Positions 18,743-30,125 of a stretch of 64,000 nucleotides of DNA are shown here, piece after piece; positions within the stretch are counted from its first letter, which is position 1, and each line of letters begins with the position of its first letter. This stretch comes from an uncultured Acidobacteriota bacterium. Its GTDB lineage: Bacteria > Acidobacteriota > Polarisedimenticolia > J045. The notes below the pieces were generated by a model that ran no database searches, was not told where the DNA came from, and saw only the letters and a list, made by a program, of their open reading frames with translations. The translations under genes and the position numbers were made by a program. The stretch is taken from positions 13,937-77,936 of the forward strand of contig CAVPCQ010000036.1 of NCBI GenBank assembly GCA_963702425.1. The letters are read 5' to 3'.

Positions 18743-20431
18743 TCAGCTCCCCGCGCCGGCCGGGAGCGGCTCTCGGACGGCGACCGGCCGGGCCCCTTCG
18801 CCCCGCGCCGCCCGCTCGGCGGCCGGCGGCTCCGCCGCCGGGAGGATCAGTCGAATCTCGGTTCCGCGGCCGGGGCGCGAGGTGATGCGGACGCGTCCGC
18901 CGTGCTCCTCGGCGATCCGGTAGACGATCGCCGCGCCGAGCCCCGAGCCCTCGCGGAAGGTCCCCTCGAACGGCTGGAAGTAGCGCCGCAGCGCGTCCGA
19001 GTCCATCCCGTGCCCCTCGTCCGCGAACGACAGGACGACGCGGTCCCCGCCCTCGCCCGAGACCCGGACCGCCAGCGACCCGCCGTCCGGCATCGCCTTG
19101 ATCGCGTTCCCGGCAAGGTTCCAGAAGACCTGCCGCATCCGGTCGCGGTCGGCCAGCGCCCAGGTCTCGCCCGGGCCGCGCGTCACCTCGACCCGGTGGC
19201 GCGGGCTCATGTCGGGGCTCTTGCGGAACAGCCGCGCCATCTCCTCCATCAGGCCGACCAGCTCGAGCGGCGCGGCCTGGAACGGCCCGGGACGCGCGTA
19301 CTGCAGGAAGTCGCGGATGATCCGGTTGAGGCGCTCGCTCTCCTGGATCGCGACCTCGACCAGCGGGCGCTGTTCCTCGCCCACCGGGCCGTTCCCGATC
19401 ACCTGCACGCAGCCGCTGATCGCCGCCAGAGGGTTGCGCAGCTCGTGCGCCATCCCGGCCGCCATCTCGCCCAGCGCCGCCATCCGCTCGCGGATCCGCA
19501 CCTCCTGTTCGAGCGCCAAGAGCCCGGTGAGGTCCTGGAACACGATCAGCCAGCCGACCGCCTCGCCGGTGTGGCCCTTGAGTTGCGAGACGGTGTAGCC
19601 CAGGTACAGTTCCTCCCCGTCGGCCGGCCGCCGCCAGGCCCGTTCGAGGCGCACCCGCTCGCCGGCGCGCAGCTGCTCGCCGGCCTCGGCCAGGAAGCGG
19701 GGGGCGAGGCCCAACACCGCCGCCGCCGGGCGCCCCGCAACATCGGACAGCGCCATCCGCGTGATCGCACCGCCCGCCGGATTGAGGAAGGTGACGCGCC
19801 CCTCCCGGTCGGTGGTCATCAGGCCGGAGCTGATCGATTCGACGATGTCGGCCTGCAGCGCGCGCAACGCCGCGACGGCGTTGCGCTGCTGCGCCAGCTC
19901 GGTGTCGGCCCGCCGCAGCCGGTCGGCGAGGGCGCCGCCGAGCAGCCCGAGCACGAGGAACCCGACCAGGTGCGAGGTGCCGGCGTAGAGCAGCCGGCCG
20001 ACGGCCAGCTCGCCCGCGACGTCCGACAGCGCCGCCCGAGCGATCAGCGCGCCGAAGATCGCGCCCGCGCTGAGCGCGGCCGCCAGCCCGCCGCCGGTGC
20101 CGAGCAGGGCCGCCGCGAGGACCACCGGGACCGCGAACAGGAAGGTCAGCGGCGAGAGCGCACCGCCCGTCACGAGCACGAACAGCGTGACGAGGGCCAT
20201 GTCCCCCGCGACCTCGAGGATCGCCAGTGTGCGCGACTCGCCGAAGCGCCGGTCGAGCAGCGCGTAGAGCAGGATCGAGCCGAACGCGGCCGCCGCCAGC
20301 ACGTAGAGCTGGCGCAGCGGTCGGCCCGGCAGAAAGACCAGCTCGATCGCGAAGGTCGCGACCAGGAGCGTCGCGACCGCGACGGCGCGCGCGGCGTTGA
20401 GCCGCTGCAGGTTGCGCCGGAACGACCTCAC
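18743..20431 (-). CDS. pilS: Sensor histidine kinase
   Basis: About 6 TM helices, PAS domain, AHELRNPL H-box, N box NLAGNA, DEGHG and GSGLG. Confidence 0.9.
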   Translation of the reverse strand: MRSFRRNLQRLNAARAVAVATLLVATFAIELVFLPGRPLRQLYVLAAAAFGSILLYALLDRRFGESRTLAILEVAGDMALVTLFVLVTGGALSPLTFLFAVPVVLAAALLGTGGGLAAALSAGAIFGALIARAALSDVAGELAVGRLLYAGTSHLVGFLVLGLLGGALADRLRRADTELAQQRNAVAALRALQADIVESISSGLMTTDREGRVTFLNPAGGAITRMALSDVAGRPAAAVLGLAPRFLAEAGEQLRAGERVRLERAWRRPADGEELYLGYTVSQLKGHTGEAVGWLIVFQDLTGLLALEQEVRIRERMAALGEMAAGMAHELRNPLAAISGCVQVIGNGPVGEEQRPLVEVAIQESERLNRIIRDFLQYARPGPFQAAPLELVGLMEEMARLFRKSPDMSPRHRVEVTRGPGETWALADRDRMRQVFWNLAGNAIKAMPDGGSLAVRVSGEGGDRVVLSFADEGHGMDSDALRRYFQPFEGTFREGSGLGAAIVYRIAEEHGGRVRITSRPGRGTEIRLILPAAEPPAAERAARGEGARPVAVREPLPAGAGS

Positions 20432-20456
20432 GGCCCGCGCGCGCCCACGCCCCGCG

Positions 20457-21659
20457 TCAGCCGATCTTGCTGATCAGCGAGAACATCGGCATGTACATCG
20501 AGATCACGATGCCGCCGATGACGACGCCGAGGAAGCTGATCATGAGCGGCTCGAGCAGCGCCAGCAGGTTGGCCGTCGCCTCGTCCACTTCGTCTTCGTA
20601 GAAGTCCGCAATCTTCGACAGCATGGTGTCCAGCGCTCCCGTGTGCTCGCCGACCCCGATCATCTGCACCACCATCGAGGGGAAGACTCCCGTCTGCTGC
20701 AGCGGCTCGCTGATCGTCTTGCCCTGCTCGACGCTCCGGCGCACGGCCATGATCGCGTCCTCGACGATCGCGTTGCCCGCGGTCCGGGCCGTGATGTCGA
20801 GGCCGTCGAGGATCGGCACGCCCGAGGTGGTCAGCGTGGCCAGCGTGCGGCAGAACCGGGCCACGGCGATCTTGCGGATCAGCATCCCGATGACCGGCGC
20901 CTTGAGCAGCGCCTTGTCGATCACGTGCCGGCCCTGGTCGGTCTTGTAGTAGGTCTTGATCCCCATCCCCATGCCGACGAAGCCAGCCCCCATCAGCCAC
21001 CACCAGCGGCGCAGGAAGTTCGACAGCGCGATCGTGATCCGCGTCGGCGTCGGCAGGGTCGCGCCCAGGCCGGTGAACAGGTCGGCGAAGACCGGGATGA
21101 CCCAGGTCAGGATGACCCACACCACGAGGATCGCGATCCCGATCACCGACACCGGGTAGACCAGCGCGCCGCGGATCGCAGCCTTGAGCTTGACGATCTT
21201 CTCGATGTAGACCGAGAGACGCTGGAGGATGGTGTCGAGGATACCGCCGGCCTCGCCCGCGGCCACCATGTTGCAGTAGAGGTCGTCGAAGACCTTCGGG
21301 TGCTTCCGCATCGCCTCAGCCAGCGTCTGCCCGGACTCGACGTCGGAGCGGATCTCCGTCAGCGTCGCCTGGAAGACCTTGTTGGACTGCTGGCTGGCCA
21401 GGATCTCGAGGCACTGCACGAGCGGCAGACCGGCGTCGATCATCACCGAGAACTGCCGGGTGAAGATCGCGATCTCCTTGCGGCTCACCCCGCCGCGCAG
21501 CTTCGGAATCGCGAAGCCCGCCCCTTTCTTGGCGACGGTCGGCGCCTGGTAGCCCTGCTTGCGCAGCGCGAGGAGGGCCGCGTCCGGGCTTGCGGCGTCG
21601 AGCACCCCTTCTTTCGCCTCGCCCGAGCGGCTCTTGGCCTTCCACGCGTAGGTCGTCAT
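20457..21659 (-). CDS. pilC: T4P inner-membrane platform protein
   Basis: FTRQFSVMIDAGLPL, AGEAGGIL, GEHTGALD; two T2SSF domains. Confidence 0.95.
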   Translation of the reverse strand: MTTYAWKAKSRSGEAKEGVLDAASPDAALLALRKQGYQAPTVAKKGAGFAIPKLRGGVSRKEIAIFTRQFSVMIDAGLPLVQCLEILASQQSNKVFQATLTEIRSDVESGQTLAEAMRKHPKVFDDLYCNMVAAGEAGGILDTILQRLSVYIEKIVKLKAAIRGALVYPVSVIGIAILVVWVILTWVIPVFADLFTGLGATLPTPTRITIALSNFLRRWWWLMGAGFVGMGMGIKTYYKTDQGRHVIDKALLKAPVIGMLIRKIAVARFCRTLATLTTSGVPILDGLDITARTAGNAIVEDAIMAVRRSVEQGKTISEPLQQTGVFPSMVVQMIGVGEHTGALDTMLSKIADFYEDEVDEATANLLALLEPLMISFLGVVIGGIVISMYMPMFSLISKIG

Positions 21660-21761
21660 GGGTCCAGCCCTCCGGGCCGGCGCGAAGGCCGGCCCCTACA
21701 CGCCGGCACGGAGGCCGGCTCCTGCGGGCCGGCGTCGGGGCCGGCCCCTCTTCCGATTCCC

Positions 21762-22883
21762 CTACCGCGGGCGGCGCTCTTCCGGCGCCGCCGTCGCGCC
21801 GCCGCCGAGTGTGCCAACGCCGCGATTGATCATCTCCTGGAGCTCTTCCGCGTTGTGCGACACCGCGAGCGCGGTCTGCAGCGTGATCTGGCGGCGGAAG
21901 TACTGCGTCGCCAGGGACTGGTTGAAGGTCTGCATTCCGTGCTTGGCCTGCCCGGTCTGCATCATCGAGTAGATCTGGTGGACTTTGTCCTCGCGGATCA
22001 GGTTCCGGATCGCCGAGTTGGGGACGAGGATCTCCATCGCCATCACGCGACCGTGGCCGCTGGCCCGCGGCAGCAGCGACTGGCAGAGGATTCCCTCCAG
22101 CGTCAGCGAGAGCTGTGCCCGCACCTGCGACTGCTGGTTGGGGGGGAAGACATCGACGATGCGGTTGATCGTCTGGGATGCCGAGTTGGTGTGCAGAGTG
22201 GCGAACGTCAGGTGGCCGGTCTCGGCGACGCGCAGCGCGCACTCGATCGTCTCGAGGTCTCGCATTTCACCGATCAGCACGATGTCGGGATCCTGCCGCA
22301 GCACCGAGCGCAGGGCGGCCGGGAAGGTCTTGGTGTCCGAGCCCAGCTCGCGCTGGTTGACCAGGCAGCGCTTGTGCGTATGCAGGTACTCGATCGGGTC
22401 CTCGATCGTCACGATGTGGGAGTGCCGCTCGCGGTTGATCTTGTCGAGCATCGCGGCCAGCGTGGTGCTCTTGCCGGAACCGGTCGGTCCGGTCACCAGG
22501 ACCAGGCCGCGTGGCCGGTCGGAGAGCGTGGAGACGACCTCCGGCAGGCCCAGCTCCTGGAAGCTGCGGACCTCCCAGGGGATCGTCCGAAAGGCCGCTG
22601 CCACCGCGCCGCGCTGGTTGAATACGTTGGCGCGGAAACGCGCCATGCCCTTGATGCCGAACGAGAAGTCCAGCTCGAGGTTTTCTTCGAAGCGGTGCTT
22701 CTGCTGGTCGGTCAGCACGGAGTAGACCAGCGCCTTCGTCTCGGCCGCCGAGAGCGGCGGGAGCTGCAGCGGAACCAGCTCGCCGTCGATCCGGATCTGC
22801 GGCGGGGAGCTGGTCGTGACGTGCAGGTCGGACGCCCCCTGGTCGACCATCGTCTTCAGGAGCTGCTGCAGCGTTACGGACAC
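21762..22883 (-). CDS. pilT: T4P retraction ATPase
   Basis: GPTGSGKST, IEDPIE, LRQDPD, TGH..TLHT, AIRNLIRE motif. Confidence 0.96.
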   Translation of the reverse strand: MSVTLQQLLKTMVDQGASDLHVTTSSPPQIRIDGELVPLQLPPLSAAETKALVYSVLTDQQKHRFEENLELDFSFGIKGMARFRANVFNQRGAVAAAFRTIPWEVRSFQELGLPEVVSTLSDRPRGLVLVTGPTGSGKSTTLAAMLDKINRERHSHIVTIEDPIEYLHTHKRCLVNQRELGSDTKTFPAALRSVLRQDPDIVLIGEMRDLETIECALRVAETGHLTFATLHTNSASQTINRIVDVFPPNQQSQVRAQLSLTLEGILCQSLLPRASGHGRVMAMEILVPNSAIRNLIREDKVHQIYSMMQTGQAKHGMQTFNQSLATQYFRRQITLQTALAVSHNAEELQEMINRGVGTLGGGATAAPEERRPR

Positions 22884-22905
22884 GGTGTCTCTCCGTCGGC
22901 GTTCA

Positions 22906-24642
22906 TCAGAACACCGTCTCGCGCACCACCTCGTCGATCGTGGTGACGCCCTCCCTGATCTTGTGCAAGCCCGAGCGGCGCAGCGTGATCATGCCTTCCT
23001 CGATCGCGCGCCGTTTGAGCTCGAGCGCCGAGCAGCCGGTGAGAATCATCTCGCGGATGTCTTCCGACACCTCGAGAATCTCGAACAAGCCGACGCGTCC
23101 CTTGTAGCCGGTGTTGTTGCAGGTGCCGCAGCCGCGGCCCTTCATCACCGTCGCCGTCTCCGCCTCCTCGGGCGTGAAACCGATGTCGATCAGCGCCTGG
23201 ACCGGAACCTCGATCGGCTGCTTGCAGTCGCGGCAGGCCCGGCGCACCAGGCGCTGGGCGGCGATCAGGTTGACCGAGGTCGCGACGAGGAAGGGCTCGA
23301 TACCCATGTTCACGAGCCGGTTGATCGTGGACGGGGCGTCGTTGGTGTGCAGGGTCGAGAGCACGAGGTGGCCGGTGAGGGCCGCCTTGACCGCGATCTC
23401 GGCGGTTTCGAAGTCCCGGATTTCACCGATCAGGATGATGTTGGGGTCCTGCCGGAGGAAGGCGCGCAGCGCCTCAGCGAAGGTCAGGCCGATCGACTCC
23501 TTGGTCTGGACCTGGTTGATCCCGTGCAGGTTGAACTCGACCGGGTCCTCGGCCGTCATGATGTTCGTGTCGGTCGTGTTGACCCGTGCGATCGACGAGT
23601 AGAGGGTGTTCGTCTTGCCCGAGCCGGTGGGACCGGTGACGAGCACCATGCCCCACGGCTTGAGGATCGCCCGTTCGAACCGCTCGAACGACTCCTGCTC
23701 GAATCCGAGCTTGGTCAGGTCGAGCGCGAGGTTTTCCTTGTCCAACAGTCGCAGCACGACCTTCTCGCCGTGCAGCGTCGGGACCGTCGACACGCGGTAG
23801 TCCATTTCGCGCGAGCGGCCGTCGATCTTCATCTTGATCTTGATGCGTCCGTCCTGCGGCAGCCGGCGCTCGGCGATGTCGAGCTTGGCCAGGATCTTGA
23901 TCCGGCTGATGATCGCGTCGCGCATCTTGTTCGGCGGACGGAGGTACTCGTTGAGCATGCCGTCGATCCGGAGACGGATGCGGAAGTCCTTCTCGTAGGG
24001 CTCCATGTGAATGTCCGACGCGCCGCGGCTGATCGAGTCGACGAGGATCCGGTTCACGATCCGGACGACCGGGGCGTCGGCCGAGAGCGCCTCGAGGTTC
24101 GAGGCATCGATCTCGTCCTCTTCGGCCAGCAGCTCGAGATCCTGCTCCTCGCTGCTGACCGGCCCCGTCAGGCCGGACGCCTGCTCCACGGTTCCGAAGA
24201 TGTCGATGCGCCGTTCTTCGTACGACCCCTCGATCGCCTCCTTGATCGCGAATTCGCTCGCCAGGACCGGCTCGACCTCGCAGCCGGTGCGGAAGCGGAT
24301 GTCGTCGAGCGCGACCACGTTGGTCGGGTCGGCCATCGCCAGCGTCAGGTGATTGCCGGTGCGGTGGACCGGGAAGACGTGGTAGCGCGTGGCGATCGAC
24401 TCGTTGACCAGCTCGAGCAGCTCGCGGTCGACGTGCGGGTAGAGGCTGCGCAGGTCGATCGCCGGCATGCCGTACTGCTCGGACAGGATCTGGACGAGAT
24501 CCTCCTCGCTCACCGTGCCGAGCTTCACGAGGTGGAAGCCGAGGCGGCCGCCCTCCGCCTTCTGGCGGTCGAGTGCCTCCTTCAGCGCATCCCGGGAGAC
24601 CAGTCCCTCCTCCAGGAGCAGGTCTCCCAAGCGGTCGCCCAT
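22906..24642 (-). CDS. pilB: T4P extension ATPase
   Basis: MshEN-like RLGDLLLEEGLV, GPTGSGKT, AEDPVE, LRQDP, tetracysteine motif CRDC/CGTC. Confidence 0.96.
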   Translation of the reverse strand: MGDRLGDLLLEEGLVSRDALKEALDRQKAEGGRLGFHLVKLGTVSEEDLVQILSEQYGMPAIDLRSLYPHVDRELLELVNESIATRYHVFPVHRTGNHLTLAMADPTNVVALDDIRFRTGCEVEPVLASEFAIKEAIEGSYEERRIDIFGTVEQASGLTGPVSSEEQDLELLAEEDEIDASNLEALSADAPVVRIVNRILVDSISRGASDIHMEPYEKDFRIRLRIDGMLNEYLRPPNKMRDAIISRIKILAKLDIAERRLPQDGRIKIKMKIDGRSREMDYRVSTVPTLHGEKVVLRLLDKENLALDLTKLGFEQESFERFERAILKPWGMVLVTGPTGSGKTNTLYSSIARVNTTDTNIMTAEDPVEFNLHGINQVQTKESIGLTFAEALRAFLRQDPNIILIGEIRDFETAEIAVKAALTGHLVLSTLHTNDAPSTINRLVNMGIEPFLVATSVNLIAAQRLVRRACRDCKQPIEVPVQALIDIGFTPEEAETATVMKGRGCGTCNNTGYKGRVGLFEILEVSEDIREMILTGCSALELKRRAIEEGMITLRRSGLHKIREGVTTIDEVVRETVF

Positions 24643-24921
24643 GCGCGTCCTCTCTGGCCCGCGGGTGCGGGCCGCCGCCGTTGTGGTCGCCCCTCCGGCG
24701 GACCTCCGCGGACAAAGTTGGGTTTCGGAGGAAGGACGGGCAAGGTCCGGTTTCGGACGGCCCTCCCCGGGCGGGAACCGACCCTGGGGACAGCCACGGA
24801 AAGCAGGTAAGTCGGCCGCGTCGGGAACCCGGCCCGGGGGGGTCTCCCGGCGCGCTCTTCGGCTGACGGCGGCTGTCCCCGTTTCGCCCGAGACCTGCCC
24901 GGCCGACGGTTCCGGTCCCCG

Positions 24922-26286
24922 TCAGCCGGCGGCCAGACGCTCCCGGCGGCGCTCGAGGAGCTGATCCATGAACTTGGTCGACAGCTCGCCCCGCGCGAAC
25001 TGGGGGTCGTCGAGGATCTCCCGGAGCAACGGCAGGTTGGTCTGGATCCCCTCGATGACGAAGAAGTCGATCGCCCGCCGGAGGCGTCCGGCGGCCTCCG
25101 CGCGGGTATTCCCGCGGGCGATCAGCTTGCCGATCATCGAGTCGTAGTACGGCAGGACCTTGTAGCCGGCGTAGGCCGCGGTATCGAGCCGGATCCCCGG
25201 CCCCCCGGGGGCGTGGAACGAGGTGATCAGTCCCGGTGAGGGGACGAAGGTGAACGGGTTCTCGGCCGTGATCCGGGCCTCGATGCTCCAGCCGTGGATC
25301 CGCAGGTCCTCCTGGCGGAACGGGAGCGGCTCGCCGGCGGCGATCCGGATCTGCTCCTTGACCAGGTCGATGCCGGTGATGTTCTCGGTCACCGGGTGCT
25401 CGACCTGGATCCGGGTGTTCATCTCCATGAAGTAGAACGACCCGTCCTCGTCGAGCAGGAACTCGATCGTCCCGGCATTCTGGTAGTTGACGGCCCGCGC
25501 CGCCTTGAGCGCCGCCGCCCCCATCCGCTCCCGCAGCTCGGGGGTGAGAGCGGGCGAGGGAGCCTCCTCGATGACCTTCTGGTGGCGGCGCTGGATCGAG
25601 CACTCGCGCTCGAACAGGTGGACCAGGTTCCCGTGCACGTCCCCCAGGACCTGGAACTCGATGTGGCGCGGCCGCACGAGGTACTTCTCGACGTAGACGT
25701 CCGGAACCCCGAACGCGGCGGCCGCCTCGGTCCGGGCGGTCTCCACCGCGGACGCCAGGTCGGCCGGATCGTGGACCACGCGCATCCCGCGCCCGCCGCC
25801 GCCGGCGGCGGCCTTGACGATCACGGGGAAGCCGACCCGGCGGGCCAGCGCCTCGGCCTCCTCGACGCTCTCGATCGTCCCCTCGCTGCCCGGCAGGACC
25901 GCGACCCCGGCCTCGATCATCGTGCGCCGCGCCTCGGCCTTGTCGCCCATCCGCCGGATCGTCTCCGGCCGCGGCCCGATGAAGGTGATCCCGCACTCGC
26001 CGCAGATCTCGGCGAAGTAGGCGTTCTCGGACAGGAAGCCGTAGCCGGGATGGATCGCTTCGGCACCGCTGATCTCGGCCGCGGCGATGATTGCGGTCAC
26101 GTTGAGGTAGGAGTCCGAGCTCTTCGCCGGCCCGATGCAGACCTCTTCGTCGGCGAAGCGCACGTGCAGCGAGTCGCGGTCGACATCGCTGTGCACGGCG
26201 ACAGCCTTGATCCCGAGCTCGCGGCAGGCCCAGATCACGCGCAGGGCGATCTCACCGCGGTTGGCGATCAGGATCTTGCGGAACAT
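24922..26286 (-). CDS. accC: Biotin carboxylase
   Basis: [44 protein letters not shown]. Confidence 0.97.
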   Translation of the reverse strand: MFRKILIANRGEIALRVIWACRELGIKAVAVHSDVDRDSLHVRFADEEVCIGPAKSSDSYLNVTAIIAAAEISGAEAIHPGYGFLSENAYFAEICGECGITFIGPRPETIRRMGDKAEARRTMIEAGVAVLPGSEGTIESVEEAEALARRVGFPVIVKAAAGGGGRGMRVVHDPADLASAVETARTEAAAAFGVPDVYVEKYLVRPRHIEFQVLGDVHGNLVHLFERECSIQRRHQKVIEEAPSPALTPELRERMGAAALKAARAVNYQNAGTIEFLLDEDGSFYFMEMNTRIQVEHPVTENITGIDLVKEQIRIAAGEPLPFRQEDLRIHGWSIEARITAENPFTFVPSPGLITSFHAPGGPGIRLDTAAYAGYKVLPYYDSMIGKLIARGNTRAEAAGRLRRAIDFFVIEGIQTNLPLLREILDDPQFARGELSTKFMDQLLERRRERLAAG

Positions 26287-26319
26287 CCGGTTCTCCTCGC
26301 CGGCGGGTCCGCGCCGCGC

Positions 26320-26787
<468 letters not shown>

Positions 26788-26879
26788 GGCAGCCTACCCT
26801 TCGTGGGCCTCGAAGCACCCGGGCCCCGCGCGCCGCGCCGCGCGCGATGCGGGCCGGATGCTACCACGTGAGGGGAGGT

Positions 26880-27302
26880 TCAGCGGGAGAGGCGCTCGGA
26901 CAGGCGCCCGGCCGTGACCCGGGCTGCGAATCGCGCGCGTCCCAGCCACCCCGACGGCCCCACCCGCAGCACCACGAAGAGCTGCATCCGCGGGACGCGC
27001 CGCACGACGAGCAGTCCGCGCTCGCCGACGACGTGCCACTCGGCAACGCCGCCGAGCCGCGCAGTGGACGCGATCCGCCCGAGCACCGGCGTGGCGGACT
27101 GAGTCTCGACCCCGATCTCCTCGGCCCGCAGGGCCTCGGCGGGCGGTCCGGCTCGAGCGACGAGAACGCCGTCGGCGTCGACCACGAGCGCCTCGAGGAC
27201 GTCCGGACAGAGGCGGGCTGCGTCGGCCAGAAGACCGCGCAGCCCGTCGTCCGGTTCGGAGGGCGGGACCGGGGTCCCGCCCGGATGGGTCCCTACTTGC
27301 AC
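26880..27302 (-). CDS. Roadblock/LC7 (MglB-like) domain protein; start uncertain
   Basis: ALVVDADGVLV and C-terminal LGRARF pattern; located between pilQ and accB. Confidence 0.6.
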   Translation of the reverse strand: MQVGTHPGGTPVPPSEPDDGLRGLLADAARLCPDVLEALVVDADGVLVARAGPPAEALRAEEIGVETQSATPVLGRIASTARLGGVAEWHVVGERGLLVVRRVPRMQLFVVLRVGPSGWLGRARFAARVTAGRLSERLSR

Positions 27303-27859
27303 TCGGTCGCGGTCAGGAGCCGCGTGCTGCCGACGGCCGTCGCGGGTTGCCCGCTCGCCGACTCGCCGTAGAACTTGAGGATCACCGTTCCCTGGTCACC
27401 CGGGCCGAAGAAGGCCGGGATGTCGTTGGGATCGACAGTCGTCACGCCGATCGCACCGGTCCCGTTGGCGGGGATCGCGACCTGCACACCGAACCGTCGC
27501 GGCGGCGGCGGGAAGCCGTAGTCCATCTTGTAGCTGACCTCGCACTCGGTGAGCACGACGTCGTTCCAGGGCGAGTCCGGGCTGGATCCCCGGACGATCG
27601 ACTGGAAGTTCACGACCTGCGTCGTCCCGACGTAGGCCGTCCCGTCGAGCGTGCCGTCACCGTTGGTGTCCACCTCGGTGCCGTCCCAGTCGACGCAGGC
27701 CTCGCTCGGATTGAACGCACTGACGGAGAGCTGAGAGTTGGCGACGTCCGGATCGTCGGTCGAGCTGTTGCACCCGAAGGCGAACAGCGCCACCGCGACC
27801 AGGAGCAGCGGCCAGCCGGCCAGTTTGTGATGCCGCAACATGCTCGTTGTCCTCCGCAT
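27293..27859 (-). CDS. Lipoprotein directly downstream of pilQ
   Basis: Lipobox-like FAFG-C, DTNGDG Ca-binding-type loop, beta-rich sequence. Confidence 0.75.
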   Translation of the reverse strand: MRRTTSMLRHHKLAGWPLLLVAVALFAFGCNSSTDDPDVANSQLSVSAFNPSEACVDWDGTEVDTNGDGTLDGTAYVGTTQVVNFQSIVRGSSPDSPWNDVVLTECEVSYKMDYGFPPPPRRFGVQVAIPANGTGAIGVTTVDPNDIPAFFGPGDQGTVILKFYGESASGQPATAVGSTRLLTATECK

Positions 27860-27860
27860 C

Positions 27861-30125
27861 TCAATAGGCCTTGATGATCTTCCCGGTGACGAAGATCAGC
27901 AGTTCACGGTTCTTGCTCGTGATACCCCGCGACTTGAACAGCCAGCCGAGCGCGGGGAGTTTGCGCAGCCAGGGAACGCCGATCTCGTCGTTGCCTTCGT
28001 TGACGGAGAAGATGCCGCCGATCACCGCCGTACCGCCGTCCTTGATCAGGATCTTGGTCGAGGCCCGCTGGGTGTTGATCGACGGGACACCCTGCACCTG
28101 GACGACGAAGTCGGGTGAGTTGTTCTCGACGTCGAGGTCGAGAGCGATCGTCCCCTCCGCGGTGATCTGGGGGGTGACGCGCAGCAGCAGCGATGCCGCC
28201 ACGAACTGGACGTCGACTTCCGTCGCGGTCGTGGTGACGATCGGGTAACGCAAGCCCTGTTCGATCTCGGCGGTCTCGTTGTTCAGCGTCGCCACCTTCG
28301 GCGCCGACAGTCGGCGCGCGTAGCCCTCGCTCTCCAGCGCGTCGATCGTGATGTCGAGCGTGAAGGAGTCGAGGACGTTGCCGAACGAGAAGCCGAGGGA
28401 ACTCGCCTTCGGGTTGCGCGGGAGGTTCAGGTCCCACTTCACGTTGGCGCGGTTCGGGAAATCGAGGCCGGTCTGCGTCCCGTAGGCCGGGTCGGCGTCG
28501 GCGGTGAAGCCCCAGTTGATCCCCAGCGTCTGCTGGAAGTCGCGCGAGACCTCGACGATGCGGGCCTCGATCATGACCTGCGGGGTTTCCGCGTCGAGTG
28601 CCTCCATCAGGCCTTCGATCGACGCCAGGCGGGACGGCACGTCGCGGATCACGAGCGTATTGGTCCGCTCGTCGACGACGACGCGCCCCTTGCTGCTGAT
28701 GACCGCGTCCCGGACGACCTTCTCGATATCTTTCGCCCGGGCGTAGGACAACGTGCGGGTGATCGTGACCGGCGGCGCCTCGAGTTCCTGGTTCTCCCAC
28801 AGCTGGCGCTTCTGCTGCGCCTCCTGCGCGAGCTTCGTGACCGGAGCGACGCGGACCACATTCCCCTCCATCTGCATGGAGAGGCCGTTGTTCTTGAGGA
28901 TGATGTCGAGCGCCTGATCCCAGGGGACCTGGTCGACGACGATCGTCACGGTGCCGGAAACGCCCGGATCGAGCACGAAGTTCAGGCCCGACATCTCGTG
29001 GAAGACGCCGAAGACCTGCTTCACGTCGGCGTCCACCAGCTCGAGACTGATCGGCTGCCCGGTGTACTCCTTCCGGAGCTCACCGATTGCGTTGATCGCG
29101 CTGCTCGGCAGCGGAACCGCGCCCGAGGTCGTGATCTCCGCGGGGGCGGTGCTGCCCGCGTTGACCACGGAGGCCATCGGATTCGGAGGCGGAGGCGTCG
29201 GCGTCGGCTGCGCGCCGAGCGCCGCCTGGACCTCGCTCGCGTTCCAGGCCGGAGGTGGCGGGCTTTCGACCCACGCCGGGGCGGGAGCCGCGATCGGGGC
29301 CGGAGCCACGGCCGGGCTCGGAGCTTCGACGGGAACCGGCGCAGCGTTCACGACCGGCATCGCCTCGGCGACGGGCTGCGGCACCGGGCGGATCTCGGCG
29401 ACGGGCTGCGGCGCCGGACGCGACTCGACGACGGGGACCGCGGCCGGATCGCTGATCGCCCTCGGCGCCTTCTCGATCGCCGGCACGGGTGCGCCGGCGG
29501 CCTTCGTCGCTGAGGTCGGGACCGGATCGGGACGCGCCACCGCCCAGGACGGGAGGCTCTCCGGCGTCTCGGCGACCGCCGGCCGGGCCGCGGCTGCGGT
29601 CTCGACGGCGGCCGGCGCGACCGGCTCGGCAACGCGCGCCACGGCGGTCTCGGGACCGATGTGGACGCGCAGCGTGTCGCCCTCCTGGATCACGTTCCAA
29701 TGGAGCGGCGCGCTCATGTCGAGCACCACGCGCGTCATCGCCTCGGGCGTGTCGCGGTACTGCCCGACCCGGACGCGGATCAGGCCCTCCCGGTCGACCT
29801 CGACCCTCGGCTTCGCCGACGCCGCGTACACGCCGGGCAGGTCGAGGACCAGCCGGTCGGGTCCGGTGAGGGCGAAGACCTGGTAGCCCAGGCCTCCGTC
29901 GCCGCGCAGGACGACGTCGTAGACGGCGCCCCCCGGATCGGCGACGCTGACGTCGACCAACCGGTTCGCGGGATTCAGGCCATCCGGCGGCTGCGCCGCG
30001 GCAAGCAGCGGCGGGCGTTCGTCGCCGGGAACGGCGTTGGCCAGCACGACCAGGCCGCAGGCGGCGGCCGCGCAGGCAAACGCGATGAGCCGCGTCATGC
30101 GGCTCGGGAGGTCATCCCTCCTCAT
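27861..30125 (-). CDS. pilQ: T4P secretin with an AMIN domain and a long Pro/Ala linker
   Basis: AMIN (PDRLVLDLPG...RVRVGQY...TRVVLD), YTGQPISLEL, VPWDQALDIIL, PQVMIEARIVEV, VPWLRKLPALGWLF. Confidence 0.95.
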   Translation of the reverse strand: MRRDDLPSRMTRLIAFACAAAACGLVVLANAVPGDERPPLLAAAQPPDGLNPANRLVDVSVADPGGAVYDVVLRGDGGLGYQVFALTGPDRLVLDLPGVYAASAKPRVEVDREGLIRVRVGQYRDTPEAMTRVVLDMSAPLHWNVIQEGDTLRVHIGPETAVARVAEPVAPAAVETAAAARPAVAETPESLPSWAVARPDPVPTSATKAAGAPVPAIEKAPRAISDPAAVPVVESRPAPQPVAEIRPVPQPVAEAMPVVNAAPVPVEAPSPAVAPAPIAAPAPAWVESPPPPAWNASEVQAALGAQPTPTPPPPNPMASVVNAGSTAPAEITTSGAVPLPSSAINAIGELRKEYTGQPISLELVDADVKQVFGVFHEMSGLNFVLDPGVSGTVTIVVDQVPWDQALDIILKNNGLSMQMEGNVVRVAPVTKLAQEAQQKRQLWENQELEAPPVTITRTLSYARAKDIEKVVRDAVISSKGRVVVDERTNTLVIRDVPSRLASIEGLMEALDAETPQVMIEARIVEVSRDFQQTLGINWGFTADADPAYGTQTGLDFPNRANVKWDLNLPRNPKASSLGFSFGNVLDSFTLDITIDALESEGYARRLSAPKVATLNNETAEIEQGLRYPIVTTTATEVDVQFVAASLLLRVTPQITAEGTIALDLDVENNSPDFVVQVQGVPSINTQRASTKILIKDGGTAVIGGIFSVNEGNDEIGVPWLRKLPALGWLFKSRGITSKNRELLIFVTGKIIKAY

